Positions 12,642 through 25,425 of a stretch of 64,000 nucleotides of DNA are shown piece by piece. Both the position numbers and the translations under genes were made by a program. The stretch is from the NCBI GenBank assembly GCA_002633005.1, contig NMRA01000571.1, positions 1-64,000 on the forward strand, in the 5' to 3' direction. Source of the stretch: Phoronis australis (lineage: Eukaryota > Animalia > Phoronida). Positions within the stretch are counted from its first letter, which is position 1. Each line of letters opens with the position of its first letter. The notes under the pieces are model-generated. The model worked only from the letters and a program-made list of their open reading frames with translations, ran no database searches and was not told the DNA's origin.

Positions 12642-13718
12642 AAGATGCAACAAAAAAACAGACGTAAGGTATCAAAGCCTAAGAAGACACGTTGAAGATC
12701 TTCAAGATGGTGGCGAAAGACGTCGAAATAGAATGGAATTAGGGTGGTGTTACAGAGTACTTCTGACGACACGGATTTTTACGGCAAAAATATTGATAAC
12801 GGTAAAACAGATTGGGACTCTTGAAAACTACTTTAACTCGTTCTGACATTTCGCAGACTGGCTTAAATTGGGTTATACAGGTTTTGATGATTTTATTCAA
12901 AACGGGTTCTGCAAGATAAAAGCTTACTCAGATGTCAGCATTCCCGTGCTGCCATTATGGCGTTTTGTCCATGCCCATTTTGCAGAGTCTTAGTTAGTTT
13001 TATCTATTGACGTCATAATAAATGACAATATTCGCAATCCTCCTGTTGTTTTACTCTGCAACATAGCTCGTGGCGTACCCCGGGCAAAATAGATTACGAT
13101 AAAAAGTTTTATTAGTGTCACCAAACGAAACCTGTGGTTCCTCACACCTGTACCTTGTTTAAAATTAACGTGGTTCGGCAGACCAAGTTTAGCTGCCAAT
13201 AATTGGTTTACTGCATGTAGACGGGTTTATGAGATATCAGAGAAAAGGCTATTACACAACAGTGTGTGAAAATTAAATCGTATCTTGCTTTATCGCCATT
13301 TTAATGCAATGTCAAGACAAATTCACTAAAAATAAATATTTTTTGAAATCTTAACTTTCCCAGTTAAAGGCGCGTCGTCGTTTTTACTGTAGAAAAAGGA
13401 AAGTTTGAATTATTCTTGAATGGGTAGATTTTTAAAGTTATTACCTTTGGCCAGAGCTGTGAGCTATAAAAGTTAGTCTACTCTGTTGTGTTTTGTGGTT
13501 TTATTACAAATCACCAGTTCTCGTCTTTGTCTGCCAGCCATTTACCAGTTCTGCTATCCACTGAGTTGGATGAAGCGACGCGTCAGAATTTTTTGCTGAG
13601 GCTGATCTTGTATCGCCAGTAATGTCACTTTAAGTGTTATTCAAGCTTTTGATTAGAAAACTTTGTAAATGGTTTAAATTTTTGTTACAAACTTCTGAAG
13701 ATTGACGATGAGCATTGT

Positions 13719-13906
13719 CATGCGCGCACCTCCCCCCATTTGGCGAAGTAGGCAAAAAGGTCCGCCTCAGAGAAACAAAAACTCCAAAAAGTATAAAACG
13801 AGACAAAAGTACACTAAAAAGGCAGTGATTTGGCAATTGTTTTATTAAACGTTCCATATTCTCAAAAATTCAAGCCCTCCTATATTTTAGGTTGTGTGCA
13901 CGCATG
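13719..13906. mobile_element. Non-autonomous TIR element (hAT5-like MITE)
   Basis: Ends catgcgcgcacc / gtgcacgcatg, flanks attgt/actgt; same family at 32085-32268 and inverted at 40529-40786. Confidence 0.7.
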
Positions 13907-16900
13907 ACTGTATTGCGTCAAAAATAAGTTTTCTAGACTGTTGACTAAAACGAGTTTTTAAAGTTCTTCTTGACTATATTTTATGATGAACAGTGGTCGC
14001 CAATCTCAAACAGGTATTTTCACAAAACCCATCGCCAAAAGTCGCCAAAATGTTGCAATCATGTAACGATTCTTAAAATATCACCTTGATGACCTGCATT
14101 TTACTCGTAAGATAGGAAAACGAGTCGATGCGACTCCAACACATGTCCCAGAGTCGTGACACGTTCTTCGTTCGTCCCAAGCGTCGACGATGAATTTAGT
14201 TGCTTGTTCTCGTTACAAGATGTTGGGACTGGCGAGGCTTGTTTCTGCGGTCAATTCAGGTGCACATCCAGAATTGGTTCAAATGGTCTTTTTCGGTCTT
14301 GCTGGAAACCCATGGATAAAGCTCTGGAGCCGTGACTGCAGTTTACATTGACTTAAAGGCAGTTACACGTACATCATGTGTTTCCTAACAGAAATGTATT
14401 CTGAAATGTTTAGAAATGCTGATGAATCGATTGTAAGCTACTCCGAGGCTTCTAAATGGTGATTCTGCATTCTAAAAAACCTGAAACCTGCGCACGCACC
14501 GAGCTATATTTGGATGGTTTGATAGNNNNNNNNNNNNNNNNNNNNNNNNNNNCCCCCCCCCCCCCCCCAATTTGGCAAGGGGGGCAAAAAGGTAGACTGT
14601 ACGTCTATTGTGTTTGTGTACTACCAAAGATTAAAAATTATTCTTGGATATTATCATACATTGAGTTCTGTAAATTAAAAATGTGATGTGTCGTAAGAGC
14701 GCCATTTAGGTTAAAAACGTTTTAAAACTCGCTTATGAAGCTCAACGTTAACTTGAGTGGACAGAGGGTCTTCAAAAGGATTGTGCTGGGTTTGGTTTGA
14801 GTTTAGACGACAGAAGTTCTCAACAAAGATTTCAACGTGACCCGAGGACCTTCGAATTTTAGTCTAATTTCGGCATTTTCCAGACGATCCTTCGCAAAAC
14901 AAGTTTTTGTCGCATCAGCCGTTGTTCCTCGTTCTTGAACATGATGCTTGCTCTGGACTGCGCTTCATTTCGTTGCAAGTTTTGATCTTGGAGTTTGTCT
15001 CTACCTCTAGTAAATGTGACATTTTCTAAAATGAAACCTTGAAGTGCGAGGACGAGCTTCATGATATTTATCATTGAAACAGTTCTCACCTTACCAGTAT
15101 CATTAAAGCGAAATGCAGCCGGCCTTTGCACATTAAAGTAAAAAATTAAACAATATGTTTTTATTTCAAAGAGTATTTGACAAGTGTTATTTAATCTTGA
15201 ACTTAAGAAAGGCAGGGAGCACAAAATACGACAAAAACATAATCAGTTTGGGTAACGCGAGAACACTTTCAAATTCACCAAGCGCCCATCACTTCATTTA
15301 TGAGATGCCCACTTCTCGTTTATTCACTCCGTTTTCTTAACAACACTTCTCAATTTAATATCATGTCACAAGCAGGACGAGACATATCTGTGAGCCTACT
15401 CGGGGGAGTAGATTACGAATACAAACAATAACTTCATTAAAATAAAAAAAATGTTGCGCTTTATTTCCTCAACCTACTCACTGCTCATGTTAGATTCATG
15501 GAGAGCAAATTCAATGGTACACAGACAAATCAATTAACTAATTAACTAATTTGAATAAATGACATTTCGTACGTTCATGTACGTATGTTCATATGCATGA
15601 GCTTCAACGTCATATTAATTTGAAATAGTTTAAATTACTAAGATACTCGTTAATATTCATTAATCAACTGAGAACACAAGGCGGGTTTCGTCAGTCGAAA
15701 GATATTATTAGAGCATTTTGTAACTTTCAGGTCTGCTCGTGTGCGCCTTAATTTAACATTGTTTTTTCAGATTTTTTAAAAGTGGGTTGTCGCCGAAGCC
15801 TCTTTACTAACGGCGACAGCCGAGCGATTATTCATAATGCATGCATCAGCTGTTAATTACTACGGTAGCCATTTTACGTGGTATTGCACAGATAAAAATA
15901 AAAGTTAAATTAAATAATTCATACTGAATTCGGTTAAATTTGAACATATTTAGATTTGTACTGAATGACCATTATTTGGACTTCGTTTTGTCTGACTAGC
16001 TTACGTTGAAATCGCTTTTTTACCAAACTGAAGCGGAAAGAGTACATAATTTTAAGCTCGTCATTGTCAGCTGTACAGAAACTTTAACTATCTGAACAAT
16101 ACAAATTAAGAACGATTGCATGTAAATACCTTGAAGAGAATAAAATTAGCAAAATCACCGAAAATTTAACACAGCACTAGAGATTGGGAAGTGAAGCACA
16201 TTCTTAATTTTATTTTAATTTCTAAGGATTTTTCCGATCACTCTGCATATTCGGATTAAAACCATCATACACAATTGCCGGAATGTGAGTGAATTAGGAT
16301 CAATAACATATTATTGAGTCACACAAAACCACCAATACTGGAATAGTGTAAAAGACGAAGAATTAAGGTACAAAATTTACTTTGAATGAAATTTAAAAAT
16401 CTCCATGTTATCTTACATTTGCCGGCTAATAAGTCATTTTCAACACAGAATATTAGGAGCAACTTAGCTATATTCACCGCTGTATCAAAGTTATGAGCGG
16501 ATATACTTGAAGAATGAGGTCTCTTTTGCCCGCTGCTTCTGCCTTTAAATGCCCAGCCCCAAAATAACAAAAATCTTTTCTTTCTCAAACACGATTAGCA
16601 TTTCCCGCCATGATGAATGACAATTTGTTGCATTATAACCTGCTAAGTGGCACTATTCGTTTGTAAAATAATGAGTCGACCACGGTGCCAACAATTAGAT
16701 ATCATTTTCAGTGTTCCATCAGTGACGGTGGGAATTGGGGGACTGTCCGCGGCTTCCCTCCTCCAGGCTATATTTAGTCCACGCAACTTGGGTTAAGGAA
16801 GATCTGGAAATTTGCTGTTGCTTGAACCATGCTCGGCGTACATATGATTGGCAAACCGACTTCATGAGCCAGGTCTGCAGCAACAATGTAGGCCTGATTA

Positions 16901-17912
16901 TTACTTCCATTCTCAGTAAAGGACAAGTTGAGACCGCACCTGCGTTCTGTAGACCCAAGGAACTCACAACGACGCAGCGCCACTATAATCTTCGCCAGAT
17001 GTCGCCATGAACTTACGAGGGAAGCACGTGCTCACACTAGCTTAGTACACATTTTGAAATCTTGTAGACTTTGAAATTTTACTTTTCGCAACTATCCCAT
17101 TATTTGGATCACGTTAACAAATGTTTTAGGAAATTTTAGCGAAACGGAAAGGTACATTCATAGCAAAACCATGGTATTAATACTATGCCAATATTTTGTT
17201 AGGTATAAATGTTCGAGATAAAATCTCAAATTATGCATAAACGTTGATACAGTTTTTCAAATTCCTTTTCGTTCATGTAATTTTTTGATTTTTTTACAAA
17301 AATCGTAAAATGTTTGTAACCCCCTCCTGCAAAATTGGCAACTTCTGTAAACACTGTATTTTTGTCAATTTTACGATAAATTTCGGAATACTTTCTACCC
17401 AAAAAGGAGCATTTTTAAGAAGCGTCTGAACGTGCATCAGCCACGTCTGGGTGTCCTGCACAGATATTACTCAACAAAGTCAAGAAAAATCGTCAGAAAT
17501 GTAAGCAAACTTTAACTTAGAAATAGATTTAGCTCAATGCAAACTCTGACGAAAATACTGAAAATCGCAGATATGCACCCGGCCTCAAGCCTGTAGCTGG
17601 TGTAAAACAAAACTTGACTGCCGTGACATGCAGGCTGCAAAAAATTCATTCACAAAAAATTTGCGTGCACGTATACGTGTCACGCGATCTGCGATCCTCT
17701 TAGATAAAAGATGACAAATGACATCAAAACAAGCAGAGCAGTCTGTGTAAACCCGCTTCTTTAAAGAATCCTCAGTGGGGCGCATAGTTCGCCCTCGTTC
17801 AAATACTTTTGCATATCACGAATCTCGATATAATAACCACTGCTACAAACACGAACGTTGTATAACCTATATATATAAAGTTATCTCACTAGTGAGATAA
17901 CAATTTGGCGGA

Positions 17913-17978
17913 AACCGAGGCCGGATTCGAACCCGGGCATCAAGAATTTGCCGACTTAACCACTACACCACTCAGTGG
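17913..17978 (-). pseudogene. tRNA-derived sequence (SINE head or tRNA pseudogene)
   Basis: Minus strand has A box tggtgtagtgg, B box ggttcgaatcc and acceptor-like pairing actgag/ctcggt, but no proper anticodon arm. Confidence 0.6.
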
Positions 17979-18518
17979 CTGACGTCATCGAACTTGAAAA
18001 TAGAATACTTAAATGAGCACGCGCAACAATCGCATGTTCAGCAAAGGGCATTGCACCGACATTTATACGCTATGAAAAATAAGACGCAAAATTTCCATAA
18101 AACGATATTTTAATTCGGTGAAAATTCTCGTGTTCTCGCACTTGTAAATCACCGATCTCCAATTTGAATGCGGGTATCCTGTCGTCGGGATCCTTTGACT
18201 TGAGCATTATAGTCAGTTACTAGTGGTAACCTGCTTTAGCAGACGATACTTTACAGGTCGAAGCTTACCGTGATAAAATGTGTAATAAGCTATAATAGTT
18301 GCTAAACCTTAATTAATAGATTCACTTTATTTCTATTTTGTTCAAATTTTCCATTGGTTTTGAGTATAAGCATTATTTGACAAAATAGCTCGGCTTTTCT
18401 TAAAAGGTCATGACTTCCGATCCCGGGCCTCTGACAGAGAAAGTAGTTACAAAGCCGAGGCGAGTCGAGAAAGGTAGATCGATTCATTGCAATGTTTCTC
18501 GTTCAGTATGTGGTATAA

Positions 18519-18682
18519 TTAGATTATTACATGTTCTCAGTTATTAGCCCCCTTATCTAGAGTCCTCGTGGATTTTGGGGAATTATCACCCTCGGGTCTA
18601 ACGCCCCTCGGGCAATAATGCTCCAAAATCCACTCGGGCTCTAGATAACGGGGGATAACGACTTCGCCATGTAATAATCTAA
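18519..18682. mobile_element. Foldback MITE
   Basis: Long inverted arms ttagattattacatg...ttatctagag...gtggattttgg / ccaaaatccac...ctctagataa...catgtaataatctaa. Confidence 0.75.
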
Positions 18683-18819
18683 AAAAGTCTCAAAGTTTTA
18701 TTTACATCTGATCAGAGACCTACAAGACACGATGTTTCGAAATTAGACACATTTGGACATTTATCCAGGATCTCACATAACCGTTTAAGGTTAAAACAGT
18801 ATTTTCTGTAGGGGTTTAC

Positions 18820-19116
18820 CAGGGGCGGATCCAGAATATTGAGTTAGGGGGGCCAGGGCACAGGAATTACCAGAATTTTGCCTCAGGCGCCCGCCCAGCT
18901 TAAAATGTAGGGATGTAGGGGTCTCGAATTTTTTGGTTTATTACTAGAAAAAGGGGGTTGTTCAAGCCTATGCATTGTGCCTTCGCCCCCCGAGCCCAAC
19001 TGGGTGCGCGCATATGCTAGCCAGAAATTTGCAACCAGAACTGCCAAATGGAATCTGGGAGAATTTTAGGGGGGAGCCATGGCCCCCTTGCCCCTACCCA
19101 TCTAAATCCGCCATTG
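18820..19116. mobile_element. hAT5-like MITE with 5-bp TSD
   Basis: caggggcggat ... atccgccattg flanked by tttac/tttac. Confidence 0.7.
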
Positions 19117-19209
19117 TTTACTTTGTCTTAAGTAATCTTGCTTCCGATATTTGGCCCTTCCGGTATGCTGTAGAATTCGGCTTACTATCACACGGTTTCA
19201 ATACGAGAA

Positions 19210-19390
19210 GTGCACTGATACGCCGTAAAATGTAACAATTTTGTAAAATGTAACAACTGTTACATTTTACGTCATTGTTACATTTTACGTTACTAGGCCT
19301 CTCCTAAAATGCAACAAGTTGTTACATTTGATGTAATTGTTACAATTTATGTCGAATGCACATGCGAGAAATGTACCATTGTTACATATT
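19210..19390. repeat. Cluster of direct and inverted aaaatgtaacaa / ttgttacatttt motifs (MITE with subterminal repeats)
   Basis: About eight copies of the motif in both orientations. Confidence 0.55.
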
Positions 19391-19747
19391 TCATGAGTTC
19401 CATGGTATTTGTCACACGGATATATATTTTGCCACTCTGAAAGGACACGGTCATTTTGCTCCGCGTCTAGGTCGATAGTTTAAAGGGGCAACAGTCCAAA
19501 AAACCTGTCTTGGGGCCTTGAGGATTTCACAAAACATGACATTTCTCTTTCTGTTATCTTTTAAGATAAAAAAACAATTTGGTATTTGGTCAATGATCGT
19601 TAGTCCAAATTAGGAAACAGGTTCCTACGTCCGAAGCACATATAAATAAAGGCAGAGACTGGACATTCTAGTATTAATGAACGTGAAGCCACGTATCTCA
19701 TGAGGCGCCATTTTTGTGTTGCAGCTTGCTGTCAACAACACACGTGG

Positions 19748-20064
19748 CAGTGGCGGATCTAAGATACCATAAGGGGGGGCCAACATGTTGCCTCGGAGAA
19801 TTGGGCGCAGCGCGACTGTGTGTGCACGGGCGGCTTCAAAGTTGCGGGGGAATGTGTACCTTGTATGCGAAACATTTATGGTGGACTAAAAAAAATTAAA
19901 AAGGGAACGCGATTCTGCCACGTTTGAGCCCCCATTCCGCTACCTGTCATGCTATCTGAACTCAATGATTCCTCACCCTTCAAGCTCTTGCTGTTTCATT
20001 TTGCTTGCGGCAGCCAAGGGGGGGAGGGAGCGGGCCCCCTGCCCCCCCCCTAAATCCGCCTATG
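19748..20064. mobile_element. hAT5-like MITE with 5-bp TSD
   Basis: cagtggcggatcta ... taaatccgcctatg flanked by cgtgg/cgtgg; truncated relative at 39153. Confidence 0.75.
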
Positions 20065-21081
20065 CGTGGTTGTAGACAGATGAAGATCTTTTGTATATTT
20101 AACGTTTTGCTATATCTCATAAAAAGCGCATATTCAACATCGCTGACATCGACGTGGGCCGTTTTTGTTCCTTACCACCCACTTTCAATGAAACCTAGTT
20201 CAAATCACTGAGTTAAATCACTGAATACTGGGTCTCGTTCCACATAAAATTGTGCGTGTTTTGCATCCGTTACTAGCCATTCTAATGACCCAGTGACCGC
20301 AGCCGTAGCCGACTAGTCGCTAGATCTCGAAAAATGACTACATTCAAAATTCAACTTAAAGCAATTTTTGAACTTACATCGTGGAGCGAGCCTCAGTTCT
20401 TTGAAAGGGCTTATTATCACACGGTTTCAATACGAGAAGTGTACATGTTTCTCTGTAAAATATATAATGTAAGAAATTGGATGTGATAAGTTTTTGAACG
20501 CCTGCGGTGTGTTTCACGCCAAGTCTACAAGAAAACGTTGTAATGTTTGTCTTTCGAGTGGCATTTAGTCTGCTTTTGAGCAGGCTATGGAGTTGTTTCT
20601 TTTGACTTCGACTTGTAGACAGATTTTCTGACATCTAACCTTTATTAGCGTAATTTCGTGAAACGTGCTATCTCATCCGTAGACTGATCTCTTAGTTAAA
20701 CGCCAAAAGACTATAAACTATTCGAAAAACAGCTCCGAGATCGAATTTGTAGATTTAGGCATTGAACACATCTCAAAATACGCGGCAAAAATAAGTATGT
20801 GAATATTTGAAAAAGCGTGTGTTTAGGGCACTGCACGGCCCACCTCAGCCACTGCTTTGATTTTTTCACGCTTCCTTTTGTTAGGATGACTGAAGTCTAG
20901 TAGAAGTAGAGCGACTGTTTTACTATGAAATGTATTGTACAATGTTTTATTTTACATATACTCATATATTTGTGTTCATGAGGTCATTTACACTCGTCAT
21001 CTGAAGAAGGACATTGATGTAGACAATACGAAAGTGTGTTGAACAAACTATCTAAGGCTAAGAACAACTTACTTTTCAATG

Positions 21082-21083
<2 letters not shown>

Positions 21084-21113
<30 letters not shown>
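21084..21113. repeat. (CA)n microsatellite
   Basis: Direct reading. Confidence 0.95.
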
Positions 21114-21123
<10 letters not shown>

Positions 21124-23269
21124 GTAATTTTAAAATTATCAAATTGTTAGTGTGCAAAATGGTCAACTCTTTTTAAAGAGTTGACCATTCCTGTACTATA
21201 TTTTATGGACTAATACAGTGCAGTAAAGCTGAAGACAAACATACTGCGACATGAGAAGTATCTATTGAACTTAGAGGCGATTTAATCGATACAGCCACGG
21301 GGCTAATCCCACCAAAAGGTTCATCCGACGTGCCACTGAGAAGCCATTTTCACGACCAGTTTCCCAACGATATGGTGTTTTAGGCAATTTCAGCTGTCCA
21401 AGAATCCATTCGAAAGCACTCAGTAGATTTCAAAGGCGTTATTAAACATACTCGGAATTTTCCTCTTTGAAGAGGATTACCCCTTTTCCCTCTTTTTGGT
21501 TTTAATTTTCTCTTATTTGATTTCCAGTTTCCTATTTTCTTTTCCCTTTTTTAACATTTTTTGATATTATTCATGGAAACACTTTTATTTCACTTAAATT
21601 GTACAACACAAAAAAATTTCTTTCACACAAGCCTATTTGTTTATGTCTTGGTCTTTCCAAGCCCTGATTGATCCCTTCAACACTATGATGTTCCTGGAAA
21701 AAACTTACGAAAGGGTGATTTTTACGGAACCTACTTACCTATCAGCGGGTCACTTTTTTGAGTTCTTTCTGTGAACGTGTAGGTATCCTAAGAATCCAAC
21801 TGCATACCTTCAAATACAGTAAAGTACTTCTCGGGGTTACAGCAGCACAATATGGGAGCTTTGGAACGTGTTATATTAGTAGCACGAAATGTTATTTACT
21901 ATTCAATTAGAGGCTCTATATCTTCTACACTGATGTTTCAAAGAATCATGAGGAAAACAAGAATTCTAAGGTGCTTTCTGGTTCTTTCGATGAAATAGTC
22001 CAGAATACTATTTTCCTTTTGTAGTGCGTAGTATATATCAACTAGTTGTTTTTATCGGGAAGCGCTACCTGTTGAGAATTCGACCAGCCAATCAGAATCG
22101 CCGGTGTAAAAAATTCTCGAGGAAAATCAAATGATACCTATACGTGCTGGTTACCACCTAGCAGCACTCAGCGAACCAGCAAGGTCATTCTCAAACAATG
22201 ACTAAGATGCAGGTTAAATTAGAAAACTGGTTTTTCAATAAAACGGCAGGTCAGCAGGCGCTTTTTGATGTTCTTGCCAAATTTCACGTGTGATAAGACA
22301 AAGTTTTTGTCCGTTGAATGACCTTTCTAAGAGAAAATAGTAACGAACTAACGTCGACACGTCATATAAACACTGTAAATGCCTGGGGCCTATTCACATG
22401 TAAGTCAAGAATTTGTCTTTTTTGTTGCGAGGTTTGATGAGTGTGCGCTAAAGTACAAACTTTTGCAAGTTGGGACATTGCATAAGTTGACGCTTCATCG
22501 ACAAAGACTGCCGTGTAGCCTACATTGGTAAATAGCCCAGAAAAAAATCCTAAATCACCGATAATTCCTCAAAGATTCGTATACACTGGCTCCAAGACAG
22601 TTCATTTGTGAACCAAGAACTGTCCCTCACCGGTCAACTGGTGCATTAAATTTTTGTTTGTGTTCAGAACATTGTTTACGCTGCAAAATTACGTTCTGTG
22701 TCCGTATGAGGCACACATGAATCAGAATCAATGACCATCTTCATAAACCATTTTGATAAACGGGTTCCCAAATCTAAGATAAGCCCGCCTTGGTCACGAT
22801 CGGACGTATCACCTTTAATAAAACGGATCCCTGGGTATGTTTTGAGTCAGTTTTTGAAAATGAAGCACCTCCATCAGTGTATCAACGGTAGCTACCACTG
22901 GTAAAAACATTATTTTTGTTAAACTGGCTGTGCGCACCCTGTTGCATATTAGTTTAGCCGGATGCAATTTACCTTTTTTGCAGTACTAAGTCTCTCAAAA
23001 GAAAATCATGCCGAGGAAGGAGATATAGCACAGTCAGATAGACGGTAAGTTAAAGTGACTGGAATGATTCTGAGAATGATCTCGAATGCAGTACACCCTG
23101 CGACCAAACAGAAATGTCCCCTATTACATATTTACGACATGGGCAGCTACGTCAACTATACGTCCATTAATGACGAGACCAAATTATATGTCATCAAAAA
23201 CAGAGACGGTCGCCATCTTACAAACTTCTACCAAAACGTCATAAGGACAAGGGCCAAAAGTGTGCTTGC

Positions 23270-23825
23270 AGAAACGGAAGTTGTTGTAGAGCATGGCTGC
23301 AGACTCTTAGTTTGAAGTATACTCAAAAGAAGTTGATTGTTTGCTCTATATTGCCTGCGTATTGTTCCCAGACAGTTCCTATAGTCACTCCAAGAAACTT
23401 ATTTTATAGCTCTATCACAACTAGACGGACATCACACTTTCTAAAACTACACGCCACCTGCAAATATCATCTTAACTCTCTGACCAAACAAGAAATCTTT
23501 CTACGCACCTAGAATAGTAGCAAGATCATTCAATTCTCGGAATGTACGCATTCAAAGAATTAGAGAAGTTCTCGGGTCGTGGATTAAGTGTATAGGGTTT
23601 TGCAGACAAAGAGGTATAGCATTGAGGGGCCACGGCGATGATGACTCCTGCGGAAATGCAAATAAAGGTAATTTAAAGGCTTTGGTAGACTTCAGAATAG
23701 AAGTAAGTGACGTATTACTTACAGAGCACCCGGAAACACGCCCTAAGAATGCGTGCTACACAAGCAAGTCTACTTAAAACGACATCCTTAAATGCATAAA
23801 AGCTTTTATCCAGAAAGAATCAGAA
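23270..23825 (+). mobile_element. Decayed hAT transposase (ZnF_TTF/DUF4371, ZMYM1/PRKRIR-like)
   Basis: Reads RGIALRGHGDDD...NKGNLKALVDFRIE..D..L.EH....PKNACYTSKST*NDILKCI, with stops and frameshifts. Confidence 0.8.
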
Positions 23826-25425
23826 AGTGACGAGTCAACATTTTGGGCCCTATCATACGGGACTCGGTGCGACAAGGTCACAATTGCAGTCGATCTGCAT
23901 CCAGTATTTTTATTTTGAAAAGTAGTGAAATCACTAAGATCAGTATACGAGGTGCTACTCAAAAGTTCCCGGTGGTAAGGTGAGCATAGCTAAAAATTAA
24001 TTATTTGCGGAGGCATAAATCAATTTTAAAAGCGTATATTCGTGTTTCGTACTGTTGGGAAACATATAGTTGACAAAATTTCTCCCTCTTACATAAATGG
24101 ACTAAGAGCCCAATCACCCTCATCCCCCCACCCGGACGGACATAACCAAATTGTATGACGTCAACAAGTCCTGTGTAGAGCATTTTCTTCGATCACTGTG
24201 CCCCCTCCCTCTCCCTTACGACATTTTAGGTTAGCCGGTGTGTTACCTGGCTGATTTGCCGCTGTCCTCAGTTGAGAACCCCAAGTGATCTATATAACTT
24301 CTTCGGTCAATAAAGCTTCTCCGCCTTATGAAGTAGTGCAGTTATCATGAATATTGGACTGGTCCCTTGGGAGATTTTGGATGAGTTACGCATATGAATA
24401 CTTTTATATTATTGGAATCGGTGATACGGGAATATTTGATTATTCCTTATGTTTTTAACTAATGTGTACCCACAAACTCAAGAATAGCTATCTAAGGGTT
24501 TTCAATGGGTTAATTGATAATGGGTTATCAAAGATATGTATGATTTTCTTTAAAAAAAATCTTAAGTTGCATTAAATGAATTCGAGATGATAATTTACTA
24601 AATAGAAAATTTTGAAGCCGCTTTAATTTGGAACACATATATAAAAATCCAATTCTATTGGATTTCTCCTTTCAGTGAGTGAAACCAAGAGCTGTGTATT
24701 GATTTGAGCCATTCGCTGTTACAAAATGGCTGACTCAGATTGCAAATGGTTTCTAGGCTTTAAGAGAGCTGACAGATCGTTATTGCGTCATACCACGCCC
24801 TCTAAATTGTCAGACCAATCCCACTGACTTAAACGCTACGGCGAGTTTATTCACGTTTGCTAATGATGTACATGTATGACTTTAAAGAGATTTCCTGGAG
24901 TTTTAGTGGCTTCAATTTTAGTTCGAATAAAGGCTAAGAAAGCAATGGCGTTATTTTGGACGTTTTTTCATAAAAATGTTGATGTTTTGACACTATTACG
25001 TGGTTTAAAGGGGTTTACTATTTAGATTTTTTGATATGAGGTGGTACAGAGATACGGTGGGTGTTGATTTCATGTCAAATAAAAATGATTAATTTCCCTG
25101 CCGGCTTGCAAATCTCTTACAACGTTCCAATTTTAAATTGGGTGTATCCAAAGTATTTCTAGGAGGGCACATTTGCGGACGGAAATGACGTCAGCAAGAG
25201 AAAACCTCCATCTGTTGTTCTGTCTGACTACTCTGTTGTAAAAAATGCACATGTGAATGACCGCAGTGTATACTTAAATGAAAACATTAGTAGTATACAT
25301 TCGGTCGTAATTGTGAAGAGCGTAACTAATAAACTAAAATAATGGTGAACGCAAGCTAGAATCAAATGATGAGTTTAAAGTGACAACAGACCCGCTATTG
25401 TACGAAATATTAAGTTTTGTTGATC

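Larger units (their letters stand above)
5472..16180 (+). repeat. Tandem segmental duplication, copy A (paralog of ~21178-34458)
   Basis: Collinear blocks aligned by eye: 5472~21178, 5740~21490, 6841~22021, 8200~24121, 9640~25410/26730, 10990~27470, 11840~28290, 12100~30355, 14821~33101, 16140~34421. Confidence 0.9.

Noticed and set aside
16719-17010. Three overlapping short ORFs, one with LAHEVG
   Set aside because: Incomplete HExxH motif and no supporting exon structure
17913-17978. Functional tRNA gene
   Set aside because: The anticodon arm cannot form; more likely a tRNA-derived repeat
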